Source of the DNA: Mesotaenium endlicherianum
Taxonomy: Eukaryota
DNA: 35,221 nucleotides
Direction: 5' to 3'
Assembly: GCA_009602735.1 (NCBI GenBank)
Contig: WELA01002449.1
Location: 220,649-255,869 of the forward strand
Part shown: piece after piece, positions 1 to 12,049 of the stretch
Position numbering within the stretch: position 1 is the stretch's first letter
Layout of the letters: every line of letters starts with the position of its first letter
Made by a program: the position numbers and the translations under genes
The notes under the pieces: generated by a model
Databases searched by the model: none
What the model was told of the DNA's origin: nothing
The model's input: only the letters and a program-made list of their open reading frames with translations

Positions 1-969
1 CCCCAACCCCTCCCTTCTTTTGAAAAAGAAAAGAAAAGAAGTTAAAAAACCCCACAGGTACCCTCTTGCCCCTCTCCCCAAAGAAGAGCCCCTGATGAGA
101 AGATGAGAGCGGCCACGACTTGCTTCAGAATTAGCAGCTCTCAGATAGTTGTTGGTTGTAGCGGAGCCAATTCTTGGATACTGGATGGCGCAGTGCAGCT
201 GCAGCGGCAGGGATGCACGCGTGCGTGTCTCCTCCTTGCCGCAGGCCTCTAGTCTCGCTGCTTTCTCGCGGAAGTGCGTGGCGAGCTTGCTCGCTGGCTC
301 TCTCTCTCTCTTTCAGCTGCCTTCTCTTAATGTGTGTGTGCGTGCGTGTGTGCTGTGGGGGGGGGGGGAGGAGGGATGCTGGCGCCGCCAGATCATGAGT
401 TGGCTGGACGACTGCGTGGCGAAGGCTGAGCGTTTCGACGGGCCTTTCACTGTATACCTCTCCCCGTTTGCAAAACCCCCCCATACTTGGCCTCTTTTGT
501 ACGTCGCTTGACATACGGGGAGAGGATGTCAATCCCTCAAAGCCGGTGGGCTCGCTTTTCTTGCCTCACTCTTGATCTCGGGAAGACATTCATACTTGTC
601 TCCTGCCTTGACCGCCATATCGTATGCGCACACGCATGCATGCACGGGTGAGCGCGCACAGACACACGTAGAGACACACACGAATGTGTCAATGATCACA
701 CGCTCATTGCATTACGCGTGCATGTTGCCTCTGTGTCTTAGAATACGTCTGTTTCATAGAGCGCCCAAGCAGGCCTTGCAAGCACGCGCCTGTGGCCACT
801 GCAGATCCTGGAGCCCTTCTGACCTGCGCCGAAGCGCAAGCGTTCGCGAGCGATCAAGCGGGCTCATGCACCCGTGCCATTCATGCACGCGGCGGGCCCG
901 TGGTCTCATAGTAGACCGGCGCGCTCTTGGGGGGTGTGGTGCTGGATGGGTGCGGGTGGCAACTGGCAG

Positions 970-1785
970 TCCCTTGTTCCCCCGGAGCTCTTTGAGGAGG
1001 ACATCGTCCCGCTGCTCACGAGAGTGCGCGCGTTCGTGAGCAAGCGCAATGCGCACTTCTACGAGAAGCTCCGCGTGATCGCCGTGGGGCTCCTGTCCTA
1101 TACGGAGGACCCCAGCTTTGGGACGGCGGTGGCCGCCCTCTGCGCGCTGCTGCTGGGCTACCTCTATGTGAACGGGACCCTCGGGAGGAGCAGAAGAGCC
1201 GCAGAGGAGCCCGTAAGCATCGCGGCTGGCAGCCTCTCGCATCCTCCGCCCTTCGCGTCACGCAAGCGGTCTAACTTGGGTCTGCCAGCAGCACGCCTGT
1301 TGCTCAGCCAACTGTTGAGAGTGTCGGGAGTGGGTGTTGCACAGCTCGGTACACACTATGGTACAGGAGTCTTCTTCCATGGTGTGCGTGTGTGTGTGCG
1401 CGGCGGAGGGAGGGGGGGGCGGTGTGTGTGTGTGGGTGTGAATGTGCGCGTGTGTGTGTCGTCGTGTTGTGGTTGTGTGCTTTGGTGTATGTCTGTGCGC
1501 TCGTCGGTGAGGGTATAGGGTTGTGTTTGTAGTGCGCAAGCGGCAAGCATATTCAAATACCATCTTACCACATTCTTATCCCTGGGAATGCATCCGTGTC
1601 AAGTTGCGTGCTGGAAGTGCTTTGCAGTGGGAGTGTCCTCAGAAACTGCCTTCTTCTCTGCCATCTCAAAGGCGAGGATCAACAGAATGCATCGCGGGGC
1701 CATTGTGTATATCTGCAACAGTAGCAAATTCTCGGAGATCCAAAAGTACCAGAGCCTATGGGTCGCCCAATTGCACTTATTTTAG
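970..1785 (+). CDS. 3' exons of an unidentified spliced gene (candidate exons 970-1212, 1345-1381, 1628-1785)
   Basis: The junctions GGCAG|970, 1212|GTAAGC, CACAG|1345, 1381|GTGTGC and TGCAG|1628 have compatible phases (0,0,1). They give one frame: SLVPPELFEEDIVPLL...AAEEP-LGTHYGTGVFFH-VGVSSETAFF...LHLF*. The first exon is GC3-rich and the introns are (GT)n/G-run rich. A further upstream exon near 392 is possible. No family recognised. Confidence 0.55.
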
Positions 1786-3214
1786 ATATAAGTGAGCTTG
1801 ATTGGGGTTTACTCAAACCCCAATGGGCTACCATGAGCTAGCTTTGAAGCATCGTATGATGTGGGCCACTGCGCAGGTAGCCGCAAATTGATGGTGACCA
1901 AGAGGTCGCCAGCTAGACTACAATGGCGTTGTTCATGTACGAGAGGAGTGTTTTTTTCTTGTACCTTATGATGTTTCATAAGTAATATCATATCATGAGA
2001 AGCCTAGTCTCCCTAGTGACAGTAGCAAAGATAGTGCCTATCAATCTATCGTCATCTATGGCCATGTCAACTATCTGACAATGGCGTCAACATTATACAA
2101 GACTCTTAACAGCCCTAGACCAAGCAGAGCAGCCAAGGGCTAGATTCTTATTTCTTTTTGAGTCCATTGAGTATTGTCCAAAAGGTGGAAATATATAGGC
2201 CTAGGATTATGTTACCAATTTCTAGAGCAATTTTTTGGAAGCCATTCAATGGACTTGAGTTAGAGACATACATAAGGCAGTGTGGAGCATACAAGCAGCT
2301 GCCACGAAGGAGTGCCGTGGCTAATTTGAGGATGCTAAAATATAAATATGCAGTAGATTATAGGTGTGTTGTATATCTTCAACCTTGACAACAGCTACTT
2401 AAGTTATCGTTGAGTATTAGACACATGTTGAGTATTATCTGCTACTGTGGTTCTGCTGTAATTCTGTTTTGTCTCATATAAGAGGGTTTTGCATATTCTA
2501 GCTATGGTATGAATTGAGGCAAGTAAGTTCCTAACAAATGAGCAGCTTTTCCGCCTCTGCAACTGCTGGCGCTAATCATCGCATACGTTCCTGGAGAATC
2601 TACAACGCTTCTTGTGAGGGACTTTATGGTAATAAAGAATTTGATGAACGAGGTCGGGGTGATGAAGGACGACAATCTACTTTGCGTGTCTGGTTCATCA
2701 AATAAATGATGTTCAAAGCTTTGTGGCCTAACAACTTCAATTCATCATGAAGAGTTGGATTTCACACAACTTTTGATGGAGAAGTCAGACTCAACAATTG
2801 GACTAACAAAGTGCTCTTTTTCGAAATACAAACAACTTCTAACAAACAGATTCAATCACGTGCACAACAACGTGCTCTCTCACGTCCGTCATTCAAGGAA
2901 AAATTCAACTTTTATTCGACTCGGATTGGCGATGACCCCTTACATCTCTCGAGCATCTTAAGAGCGGAATTTCTTTGGTTACTATAGTCCCTTACACACG
3001 GTTGCCTATACTGTGACATCAAAATGACATCCACAAATTGGATTAGCATTGCCTATGCTTGACCATACTCCATCCTCAAAGGCACGGGACTTCAGATGCT
3101 AGTTTGTCGGGGTGTGGAGCAAAGGAGTCTCTTTTTCATTATGCGGTTCCCTTCTCAACGAGTATATGGTTGTTAGCACGAGTGTAAATTTGCAGCGTGA
3201 CTTTATTGCTCACC

Positions 3215-3591
3215 ACATTGCGTGCCCCTGGTGAGGCCATTTTGCGTGGGCTTGCAATCACGCATTTTGCATGTCACGTGAAATTTCATTTTGCGCGTCC
3301 TTAATATGAGGATAATGTGTTCCCTCCCAAGATATGTTGTCTGCACCTTAGTAAATTTTGCGTGCCCCCAAGAGCATTATGTGTGCCCCCATAAACAGCA
3401 TTTTGTGTGTCCCCACCCTGTAATTGTGCAAAATGCGTTCCTCCCCCCCCCCACACGCCCNNNNNNNNNNNNNNNNNNNNNNNNNNNNNNNNNNNNNNNN
3501 NNNNCCCCCCTCCAAAAAAAAGAAAACAACTATTTGCGTGCCCCCTGAAACTCCCCGCCTGAAATTGCATGCAGTTTGCGTGCCCCCTTAA
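3215..3591. repeat. Degenerate ~22-24-bp minisatellite, core (CA)TTTTGCGTGCCCC, left part (contains an N gap)
   Basis: About ten variants of TTTGCGTGCCCC; the array stops at TTAA 3588-3591. Confidence 0.7.
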
Positions 3592-3888
3592 CACTAGCTA
3601 TACTGTGGGTCCTATTTTGGTTCTGGAATCAAATTATGTCCCATAACTAGGCAAAAATCTACACCCCCTTAGCATACTTTTTTAAAATCAGAATTGTCTA
3701 AAAATAGGCTCATTGGATGTGTCATAACTCAGACCCCTCCGGCAAATTAGTTTTAGCCTAATGGCCAATTTTTGACGAAGTTATGTAAGTTTGTCGGCCA
3801 AGAAGAGGTCACTTTCTGTTTCAATTTTGACCTTCGAACAGGTCTCTTTCTGTCTGACATTTCTTTCGCTTTGTATGCTACAAAAGCC

Positions 3889-5772
3889 ATGGCTGACATC
3901 GCTTCTTTGTCTACAGGCCCCACGGTAGCCGTAGGCACTAAGACACTAACACCTAGTAAGATTTGGTGTGAAACTTGGGCAGCACAAGAGTTTGGAGAGC
4001 ACTACAAAGAGTTTTTTGGTCGGAATTTTAGAGGACGAGGTGCATAAGACCAAAGAAACTAAGTTAAAGATCTATTTTGGCTACGATGGAGAATACAAAA
4101 CATGGGGACGCAAGCAAATACTACAATACATGCCTTCTATCCCCAAATTTTGTTGGTTTTTCCCATATGAGGGAGTTGTTAGAGTTGAGGCCTCTTCGGA
4201 CCCACTTTCACAGCTTCCTGCTTCTCATGTAATTGAAGTTACTCCTAGCATTGTAAACACACACACCCCTGAACCTTAAGATACTCTCACACCACCACCA
4301 CCAAAAGACACTCCCACACCAGTAGCAGACACAATAGACACAAATTAAGAGTTGGAAACAGGCTTAGAATCGGTAGAGGCAACACGAAAAGAGGGAGACC
4401 ATCAATACAGACAGGACCAGACATGTCTGTGCCTGCTAACAGGGAAGAGAGAAGGAACAGGGTGGTAGTGGCAAGGGAGACTGCTAAGAGGAGGGCAAAG
4501 AGGGGCTGCAGCAAGAAGAAACTCAGGCACTCAGATGAAGAGGAGTACAACTCAGACATGGAGCTGGAGTCTGAAGGAGAGCCAATGGTGCCTGCTGCTG
4601 CTGAAGAAGAAGAAGTTGAGGAGCCTGCCAACATAGAGGAGTACTCCTGGAGGCTTGCTGCTGAAGGTGAAGTTCCACCTTGGCTGGTGAAGCCTGTCAG
4701 CACTCTGGCCACAGGACTAGCCAGAGTGAGCACAAGGCACTTTCACAGCTTCAGCCCCTTTGCTGTTCTGTGCCTTCTCATTGGCATAGACTGGTATGAC
4801 TCCATGGTTTTTGCTACCAATGCATATGCACATAGTGAAGGTGCAAAGCAATGGAACCAGCTCACCACTAGTGAGCTCATCATGTGGCATGGCTTGTGTA
4901 TTGCTATGGCATTAAATCCCTTGCCTAGGTACACCATGTACTGGAAGAATGACAATTTTGATCTTGTAAAGTTTCCTGGCTTTGGCAAATACATGTCTAG
5001 AGATAGGTGGGTCCAGATAAAAGCATACTTCATATTATTTCTGATACAAGCAGAGATGTATTTCCTCCTAAGCCTAGAGAGTATAGGCTTTGGCAGTGTC
5101 AGCCCTTCATAGATCTACTCAAAAGAACATTCAAGAATCACTACAATCAAGGTGTGCACATGACCGTTGATGAGAGACTTATCCCAACTAGAAATAGACA
5201 GTGTTCAGTTCGGGTGTATTGTCCAAAGAAGCCTTACAAATTTGGCATTGAGTTGTTCACACTAATCGATAGTGTCACATATTACGGTTGGTACTTTGTA
5301 GTATTTGACAAGGTCAAAAGACCTGGCAGAAATACCACTGTTGTTTTGGAGATGGTCAGCACTTTGCCCGGGGGTCAGACTTACAGCTTTGTATTAGATA
5401 GAGGCTTCACAAGTCCTGTACTTGTGAGAGCACTGTCATAGCTTGGCCATGGAGCAACAGGCACAGTTGTAAATAGAGTGCACTATCCTACTAAGCAGCT
5501 GGTCTTAGACATACTTGCAGGAGAGAAAGAGACGAAGCAAGGTTCATTCATAACGCTTGTGTCAGAATGGCCTGAACAGGTAGCTGTAGTGTGGCAAGAC
5601 AAGAAGCCTGTGTATCTCTTGTCTAACTGTCGAGGTCTTACTGTGGTTGAGGTTGAGAGGAGACAGAAGGGAGGAGAGGCTAAGACTATACCTGCACCTG
5701 AGAATGTGAAACACTATAACATGTACAAAGATGCGGTCGATCAATTTGACAAGTTATGCTTGACAGACAACT
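3889..5772 (+). pseudogene. piggyBac-family DDD transposase, 5' part (frameshifts and stops)
   Basis: Motifs MSRDRWVQIK, MTVDERLIP (D1), PKKPYKFGI, LDRGFTS (D2), GTV and YNMYKDAVDQFDK (D3). Frameshift near 5030 and in-frame TAG at 5439-5441. The N-terminal extension from ATG 3889 is also frameshifted, so the start is tentative. Confidence 0.88.
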
Positions 5773-6275
5773 TGTAGTGAAACAGGTAGATAAAGTACTT
5801 AATAAAGTAGAATACTTTATTTATTCAAGACTAGGATCTTTGAACACAAGTGGTAGCTTCTTGAAAGAGAGATAGCGTCTTGAAAGTTGATATATTTCTG
5901 GAATTTGGCAAGTACAAGAGTGATTCTAGAATGCCTTTCTATTTTCTAGCTCTTGCTTATATACTTGCTACGTAAGTCATTTCTAAGAAGGTGTATGTTG
6001 ATGTGTTGGCACCCAACACATCCCAAAACCTGCCACCTCTTTCAAGAATAATGTACACATGTCCTTTTGACCTAAAAATGGCATATTTGACTTTTGCCAC
6101 ATGGAGTTCTTCTAGGTCCTTCCTCTAAATTCGAAAATGCATCATAAGGTTAAAAGGACATAAACCAAGTCACTAGAGTATCTATTCACACTTGACTGCA
6201 CACAATATTACTCCAAAATTATTCAGAAATATTAAATTGAAAACTAACTAATATATTTTAACTCATATCACTACA
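5773..6275 (-). repeat. 3' LTR of element A
   Basis: Direct repeat of 21566-22065; adjacent PPT (GGGGGAGTGA on the minus strand, 6276-6285). Confidence 0.95.
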
Positions 6276-6310
6276 TCACTCCCCCGACATAAAATGCAAC
6301 GTCTCGGGCG

Positions 6311-6437
6311 TCAAGTCAAGTCTTACACACGTAAAGAAGATTAGTCAAAAGTTGAAGTCACGTGCCACACATGTAAAGAAGACTAGTCAAAGGCTCCAAG
6401 TCAGGTGATACACATGTAAGGCAGATTAGGCAAGGTC
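6311..6437. repeat. Three degenerate ~42-bp tandem units in the 3' UTR of element A
   Basis: AAGTCA..ACAC(A/G)TGTAAAGAAGA(C/T)TAGTCAA-like unit repeated three times. Confidence 0.65.
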
Positions 6438-7171
6438 GTGGCTGGTGGCTAGCCTACTCCTTGATGATAAGGAAAATAGTACAAGTTGGCTCAAAACCTG
6501 CCACAGATTCAAACATTTATAGCGTCCACATAACTAGTCCAAATCAAAAAATTCTAATGGTAGACGGAGCGCGTCAAAGAAATCTACTAGGTTGCCAAAT
6601 TTAAGAGCATTTCAACCTCTGGAGTGTTGTCGAGAGCAGAAAGAGCAGGAACTTCTGAAAATCATAAGTCCTTCTATGCTTCTTCAAATTCTGCAAAACT
6701 AGTTTCTAAATGGGCGCGGTCATATGTTCTACCATGGTCTTAAGTTTCAGAGCATTCCAAGTTCAGGGGAGGCACAATGTCAGAAGGCATATTTTGTCCT
6801 AAAAATGCTAGCAGTCTTACCCCCTCGTGTTCAGAGATTTTTATCTCTCTAACCACAGCTCCAAATTGAGCAAACTTAGACTCTAAAAAATTCCCTACTC
6901 ATGGAATAAAGCCAAGTATAATTTCAGAGACCTATTAGCAGTAGCAATTTTAGTTTTTTGTTCAGAAACTGCGAGAAGAGAAGAGTGTCTAATGTCAATT
7001 TTTCCTCTTTCTGGTTCTTGCAGGCTGCCTCCAAAGGGTCTCCTGCTGCTTCTGGATGATGGCAAGCTGCCTCCCTGAAGTCTTTGGGCTTCTAGTAGAG
7101 AGACTTGGGGCTGGTCCAAGATGGGGGTTGGCGGCATGGAAGCGTCTCAGCTTTCGCTGAACTTTGTCAAG

Positions 7172-10100
7172 TTAGTGCGCCGCCACCCAACTATTTTCAG
7201 AATCTGGATATCCTTTCCACTTGATCAAGTATTGCTGCTGTCTCTTGAAATTTCTCATAGCCAATATGTCTTTCACTTCATACTCCAAATGATCATCCAC
7301 TATTGTTGGGGTTGGTGGGGTTGTCACACGTCCTGGGAACGTGTTGTCGGGTTGCACATATGGCTTGAAGAGCGAAGCATAGAACACAGGGTCGATGTGC
7401 ATAGTCTGGGGAGGTTGTAGCTTGAAAGCAACTGGGTTGACTTGCTGGATTATCTTGAAGGGTCCCAAATACTTGGGAGAGAACTTGCTGCTGGCACGCC
7501 TGTTGTTCGGGAAAATATTTTTGGATGATAGTAACACCGTGTCGCCCACTTTGTATGCAATTTCTCTTCTAGACCTGTTTGCCATTTTTGCTTGAGCATC
7601 TTGCGGGTATTGTAGAGTTTTCGTGGCTGCTGCAAGGGCTTCCTCTAATGTCTCCAAAAAAATATGCCGCTGCAAGTACTTCGTCGTGGCCAGCCGTGAA
7701 GCTCAGTGGCGTGGTTGGATGGAAGCCATAATCGAGGAAGAAAGGGGACTCTAGGGTAGAGGCCTGCGCCGTGTTGTTGTAGGCAAACTCCAAGGGGGTC
7801 AAGTACATGTCCAATCTTGCTCTAAAGTAGATCGTAGGCCGTTAGAGAGGTCTTGAAAGTACGATTCCTACGCTCTGTTTGTCCATCTGATTGCGGGTGG
7901 TAGGCAGTGGGCATCCAGCGATGTACCCAAGATCTTGAAGAGATATTTCCAAAAATGGCTTGTGAATCTCGGGTCGCGATCATACATTATTCTCGATGGC
8001 AGGCCATGTAATCAAAATATGTTGTCAAAGATGAGTCTTGCAAACTGGGGTGCTGTAACCTTGGTCGTTGTTGGGATGAAATGAGCCATCTTTGTAAGTC
8101 TGTCCACCACTATTAATATTGCATTATGGCCGCGTGGTGTCACTGGCAAGTCCACAATGAGGTCCATGGAGATGTCTGTTCATTGTCTCTTGGGGATTGG
8201 TAGTGATTGAAGAAGTCCTCCCGCCTTTTGTGATGATGGTTTGATTCTTTGGCATGTGTTGCAGCTTTTGCAATACTCCTTGACTTGCTTAGACATGCCT
8301 GGCCAGCAATAAGTCCTTGCGAGCACGCCCGTGGTCTTTAATGTTCCAAAGTGTCCTCCAAGTGGGTTGTCGTGTGCTTCTCGAAGTAACAAGAGTTGTA
8401 GCTCTTGATTATTAGGCACGCATCTCTGTCCCGTGTCTTGTCTCACCCAATAATTTCCTTCTTGCTTCTTGTGTGGGTCAAGGGCTGCCTTGCCATTCGT
8501 GTAATAAAGGTCCGTGTCATAGGCGGCAAAAAATCGAGCTTCCAAATCTGTACTCAGGGATGTCATCACTGCATTTAATTGCAGCCTTGAGAGGGGGTCT
8601 GCCAAATTTGTCTTCCCGGGCTGGTACTGAATCGTGAAGTTGTATTGTTGCAAGTATCCACTCCATCTTGCTTGTCTTCTTGAGAGATACGGCTGCGTCT
8701 GGAGGTGCTTCAACGCTTTGTGGTCCGTTGTGACCAGCACCTTGCGACCTTAGACGTAGCAGCGCCAAACCTTCAGGGCATGTATAATCGCCAACGCCTC
8801 TCGCTCCGTGGTTGTATAATTTTGCTCGGCTGAATTCAGCTTTCTTGACTCGTAGGCGATGGGCTGCAGTTCCTTGCCTTGGTCTTGGAACAAGATTGCT
8901 CCTATGGCGTAGGAAGATGCATCGGTGATGACGTGGAAGGGCCAATCTGGGTTTGGACTTGGGAGTGTGAGCACCGGGGATGCCGTCAATCGTTGCTTCA
9001 GTTGTTGGAATGCTTCCTCCTCTTTCTTGGTCCATGTATATGGCCTGTCCTTCTTGAGTAGATCAATCAGGGGGGCTGCAATGCGCGAGAAGCTCTGGAT
9101 GAGTCTCCTGTACCAATTGGCAAATCCCAAGAATGATTGGAGTTCTTTCTTGGTCGTGGGGGTTGGCCATTCCTCCACCACCATGGTCTTCTTGGGGTCC
9201 ATCTTGATGCCATCAACAGTCGCGTGGAGACCTAGGAACTCCACTTCTTATTTGGCAAACTCGCACTTTGACTCCTTTGCAAATAGCTTGTTTTGCTTCA
9301 ATGCTTCGAGGACTTCTTTCAAGTTTCTTGCATGCTCTTCAAGGGTCTTGCTGTAGATAAGAATGTCATCGATGAATACCACCACAAATTTGTCCAACAT
9401 GGGCTGAAATATGGTGTTCATCATAGTCATGAAGTGGCTGGCGCGTTGGTGAGTTCGAATGGCAGGACCATGAACTCAAAATGTCCATATCTTGTCCTAA
9501 ACGCCGTCTTTTCTATGTCCGGTTCTACAATGCGAATCTGGTGGTAGCCGCTCCGTAAGTCATTCTTCGTGAAGTACTTGGCTCCAACCAGCCGGTCCAT
9601 GAGCTCATCCATACGCGGCAGTGGATGTCGATTCTTGATGATGATCTTGTTGAGGGCGCGATAGTCCACACACATCCTCAAGGTACCGTCCTCCTTCTTG
9701 ACAAATAGCACCGGGGCTCCAAATGGCGACTTGCTAGGTCAAATGAAGCCGTGCTCCAGTAGCTCTTTGATTTTCTTCTTGACTTCGTCTAGCTCCGTGT
9801 ATGACATCTTGAACGTAGGCCGAGAGATGGGCTTGCTTCCAAGCTCCAACTCTATCTTGTGGTCTACGAATCTCTTGGGGAGGAGGCCCTTGGGCAATTC
9901 CGGGGAGAACACTTCTTTGTAGTCTTCCAAGACTTCTTGTATCTCCTTGGGTATGGGGCTGTCTTCTTGACTTCGAGTGTCCTTCTTGATATCTTTTGGC
10001 ATGATTAAGGCCAAAATAAGAACGTGTCCCTTCCTCACAAGTCTTTTGAGTTGGAGGGCGGACAAGAGTATCTCGGGTCTCGGCTTCTTGGTGTCTTGGG

Positions 10101-10599
10101 TCTGGATTTTCTGGATTGCGCGCAAAACACAGATTCTTGAAGTGATGACGTTCTTGATCTTGATGGTACCGTCTCTCCAATCTACTTGGAGGTTGTGCTT
10201 GATCAACCAAGGCGTCCCTAGGATGACGTTGTACTTGCCCAATTGCATGGGGGAGAACACTACTCTATCTTTGAAGGACTTGATGGAGAGTGCCAAGGGG
10301 TACGTATTTTTGGAAGGGGTAATATAGGACAATCCATTGAGCATCATAATCTCCTTGTCCTGGTCAAGAGTGCGCATAGTAATACCATGCTTAGTGGCAA
10401 AATCTGCAGCAATGAAATTGCCTTGGGCTCCGCTGTCCACCAAGTTGTGGACCTTCTCTCCTCCAAGGTAGCCTCCCAAACTTATTCGGGCTGGAACGTC
10501 GTCTTCAACGGGGGTCTCCACCTCACTTGGCTTGTTGTCTTCTCGTGAGGTGGGTCTTGGGGTGGTAGGCTCCTGGCCTACCGGCGCTCTCCGTTTTTT
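7172..10599 (-). pseudogene. pol: pol of element A (protease, RT, RNase H, integrase, chromodomain), fragmented
   Basis: [85 protein letters not shown]. Spread over many short ORFs by stops and frameshifts. Confidence 0.95.
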
Positions 10600-11217
10600 G
10601 ACATCTTCTTAGGGCATGAGAGTGCACGGTGACCTTTCTCCTTGCAATAAAAGCATACTCCAGCCTTCATGAGAGTTTCTTTTTCAGCCGAGGAGAGTCT
10701 TGCTTTCACTCCTTGCTGGTTTCTTACATCATAATTGTCATTGGAGGGTCTTCCACTCTTCCAGGCAGCCGCGGGGTCTCTTCCGATGACTCCAATTTCC
10801 ATGGGTGTAGGTCCAGATTCGGATGTGGAAGGGGCTGCGTACACCCGCGTCGTCGGTGCCCGTGGAGATGAAGGCAATGAATGCTTGAAATCCAAAGTAT
10901 CCACCTTTTGGGCCACTTCAATGATCTTTGAGAAGTCCGTCAAGTCGCGTAATTCCTCTTCCTTTGCCACCTTGGGCTTGAGGGCAAAGATGTAGCGATC
11001 AATCTTCTCCTTGAGAGACATGTTGGGGATCTCAAGAGTGAGGGCGTGAGATCTGGATGTATACTCTTGATAATTTGGACGGACGTGGTTTGCTTGAGGT
11101 GGTGGAGCTTTCTTCGAGCAATCTTCTCCGCATTGATGGGCATGAATTGCTTCTTGAGGGCCTCACTAAAATCTGCCCATCTTGCATATGATGGTGGGGG
11201 TTCTTGGCCGAGCACGG
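10578..11217 (-). pseudogene. gag: gag of element A, 3' fragment (zinc knuckle)
   Basis: WADFSEALKKQF, GPTPMEIG, CFYCKEKGHRALSC; cut by the insertion of B at 11218. Confidence 0.9.
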
Positions 11218-11936
11218 TGAAATGAATCGACTTACCAAATAGGCGATTAACAATTAATAAAGATCTTTATATCAGCAAGTAATCTTTATGGTATTTCCGT
11301 TAACTCGTTAAACGGCAAAGGACAATACACTAGCAGGGAATACTACTCGTCAGTCAAATGAGAGTAAACTAGCATCAATAATGCAAATCAGTAAACTCAT
11401 ACATAAGCAAGGTTAGAAGACAGTGCGTATCAATGGCTTCTCGCCTTGGATTCAGATCTCTCTCAGTAAGCTGTACAAGAGAGTTGGCCTCGTTTCCGAA
11501 TGCCGAACTCGAGAGCAATGCCTAGCATATGTACATGGAATGAGTTTACTGTTCAACGGTCAGTGCGATGGCACCGCCTACCCGGGAGTTAACCACGTTG
11601 GTAGGACCTCGGTTAACCAAATCCACCGCCATCTCCCATCATCCCGAATAGCCATCCATCATAGGGATGTCATCTGGCTATTCATCTAGCATATCGCACT
11701 TAGATGCATATCAAGGCAGTTCGCTGCTACCGAGTACGGAAGTCAGCTGGCTGTCAAAGAATGGGTCAGCAAGCTGACTTATATGGACTTCAGCCTGCTG
11801 CTTCCGGCTGAGTCATTAAACTGATAATTATGTAAAGTCCAGCAGACTGACTATTAACTAAAGTTCAGCAGGCTGAACTTAATTAACTATTATATTTAAA
11901 TGAATATTATATCCACTAATATACTGATTCATTACA
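11218..11936 (-). repeat. 3' LTR of element B (719 bp)
   Basis: Repeat of 19292-20037, 32201-32921 and (inverted) 25134-25853. Confidence 0.96.
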
Positions 11937-11950
11937 ATCCCTCCAACTTA
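11937..11950 (-). promoter_or_regulatory. Polypurine tract of B
   Basis: TAAGTTGGAGGGAT immediately before the TGTAATG start of the 3' LTR. Confidence 0.85.
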
Positions 11951-12049
11951 ACTTGTTGTCGCCTCGACAACATTAAACTGCAGAAATTTTAAATAAGGGA
12001 ACTGAACCTGACCAGCCTCCCTTACTGACTGCCTCTTCAGCGTGTCACC

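Noticed and set aside
1800..3200. Short ORFs and possible decayed coding sequence
   Set aside because: No recognisable motif or consistent frame could be supported by eye.
11200..11217. Exact in-frame restoration of gag of A after removing B
   Set aside because: The TSD is perfect but the joined sequence is off by one base, so an additional frameshift exists nearby; not used as evidence.
11423..11689. 88-aa ORF repeated at 11423, 19498 and 32408
   Set aside because: It lies antisense inside the LTR, starts at GTG, and recurs only because the LTR is repeated.
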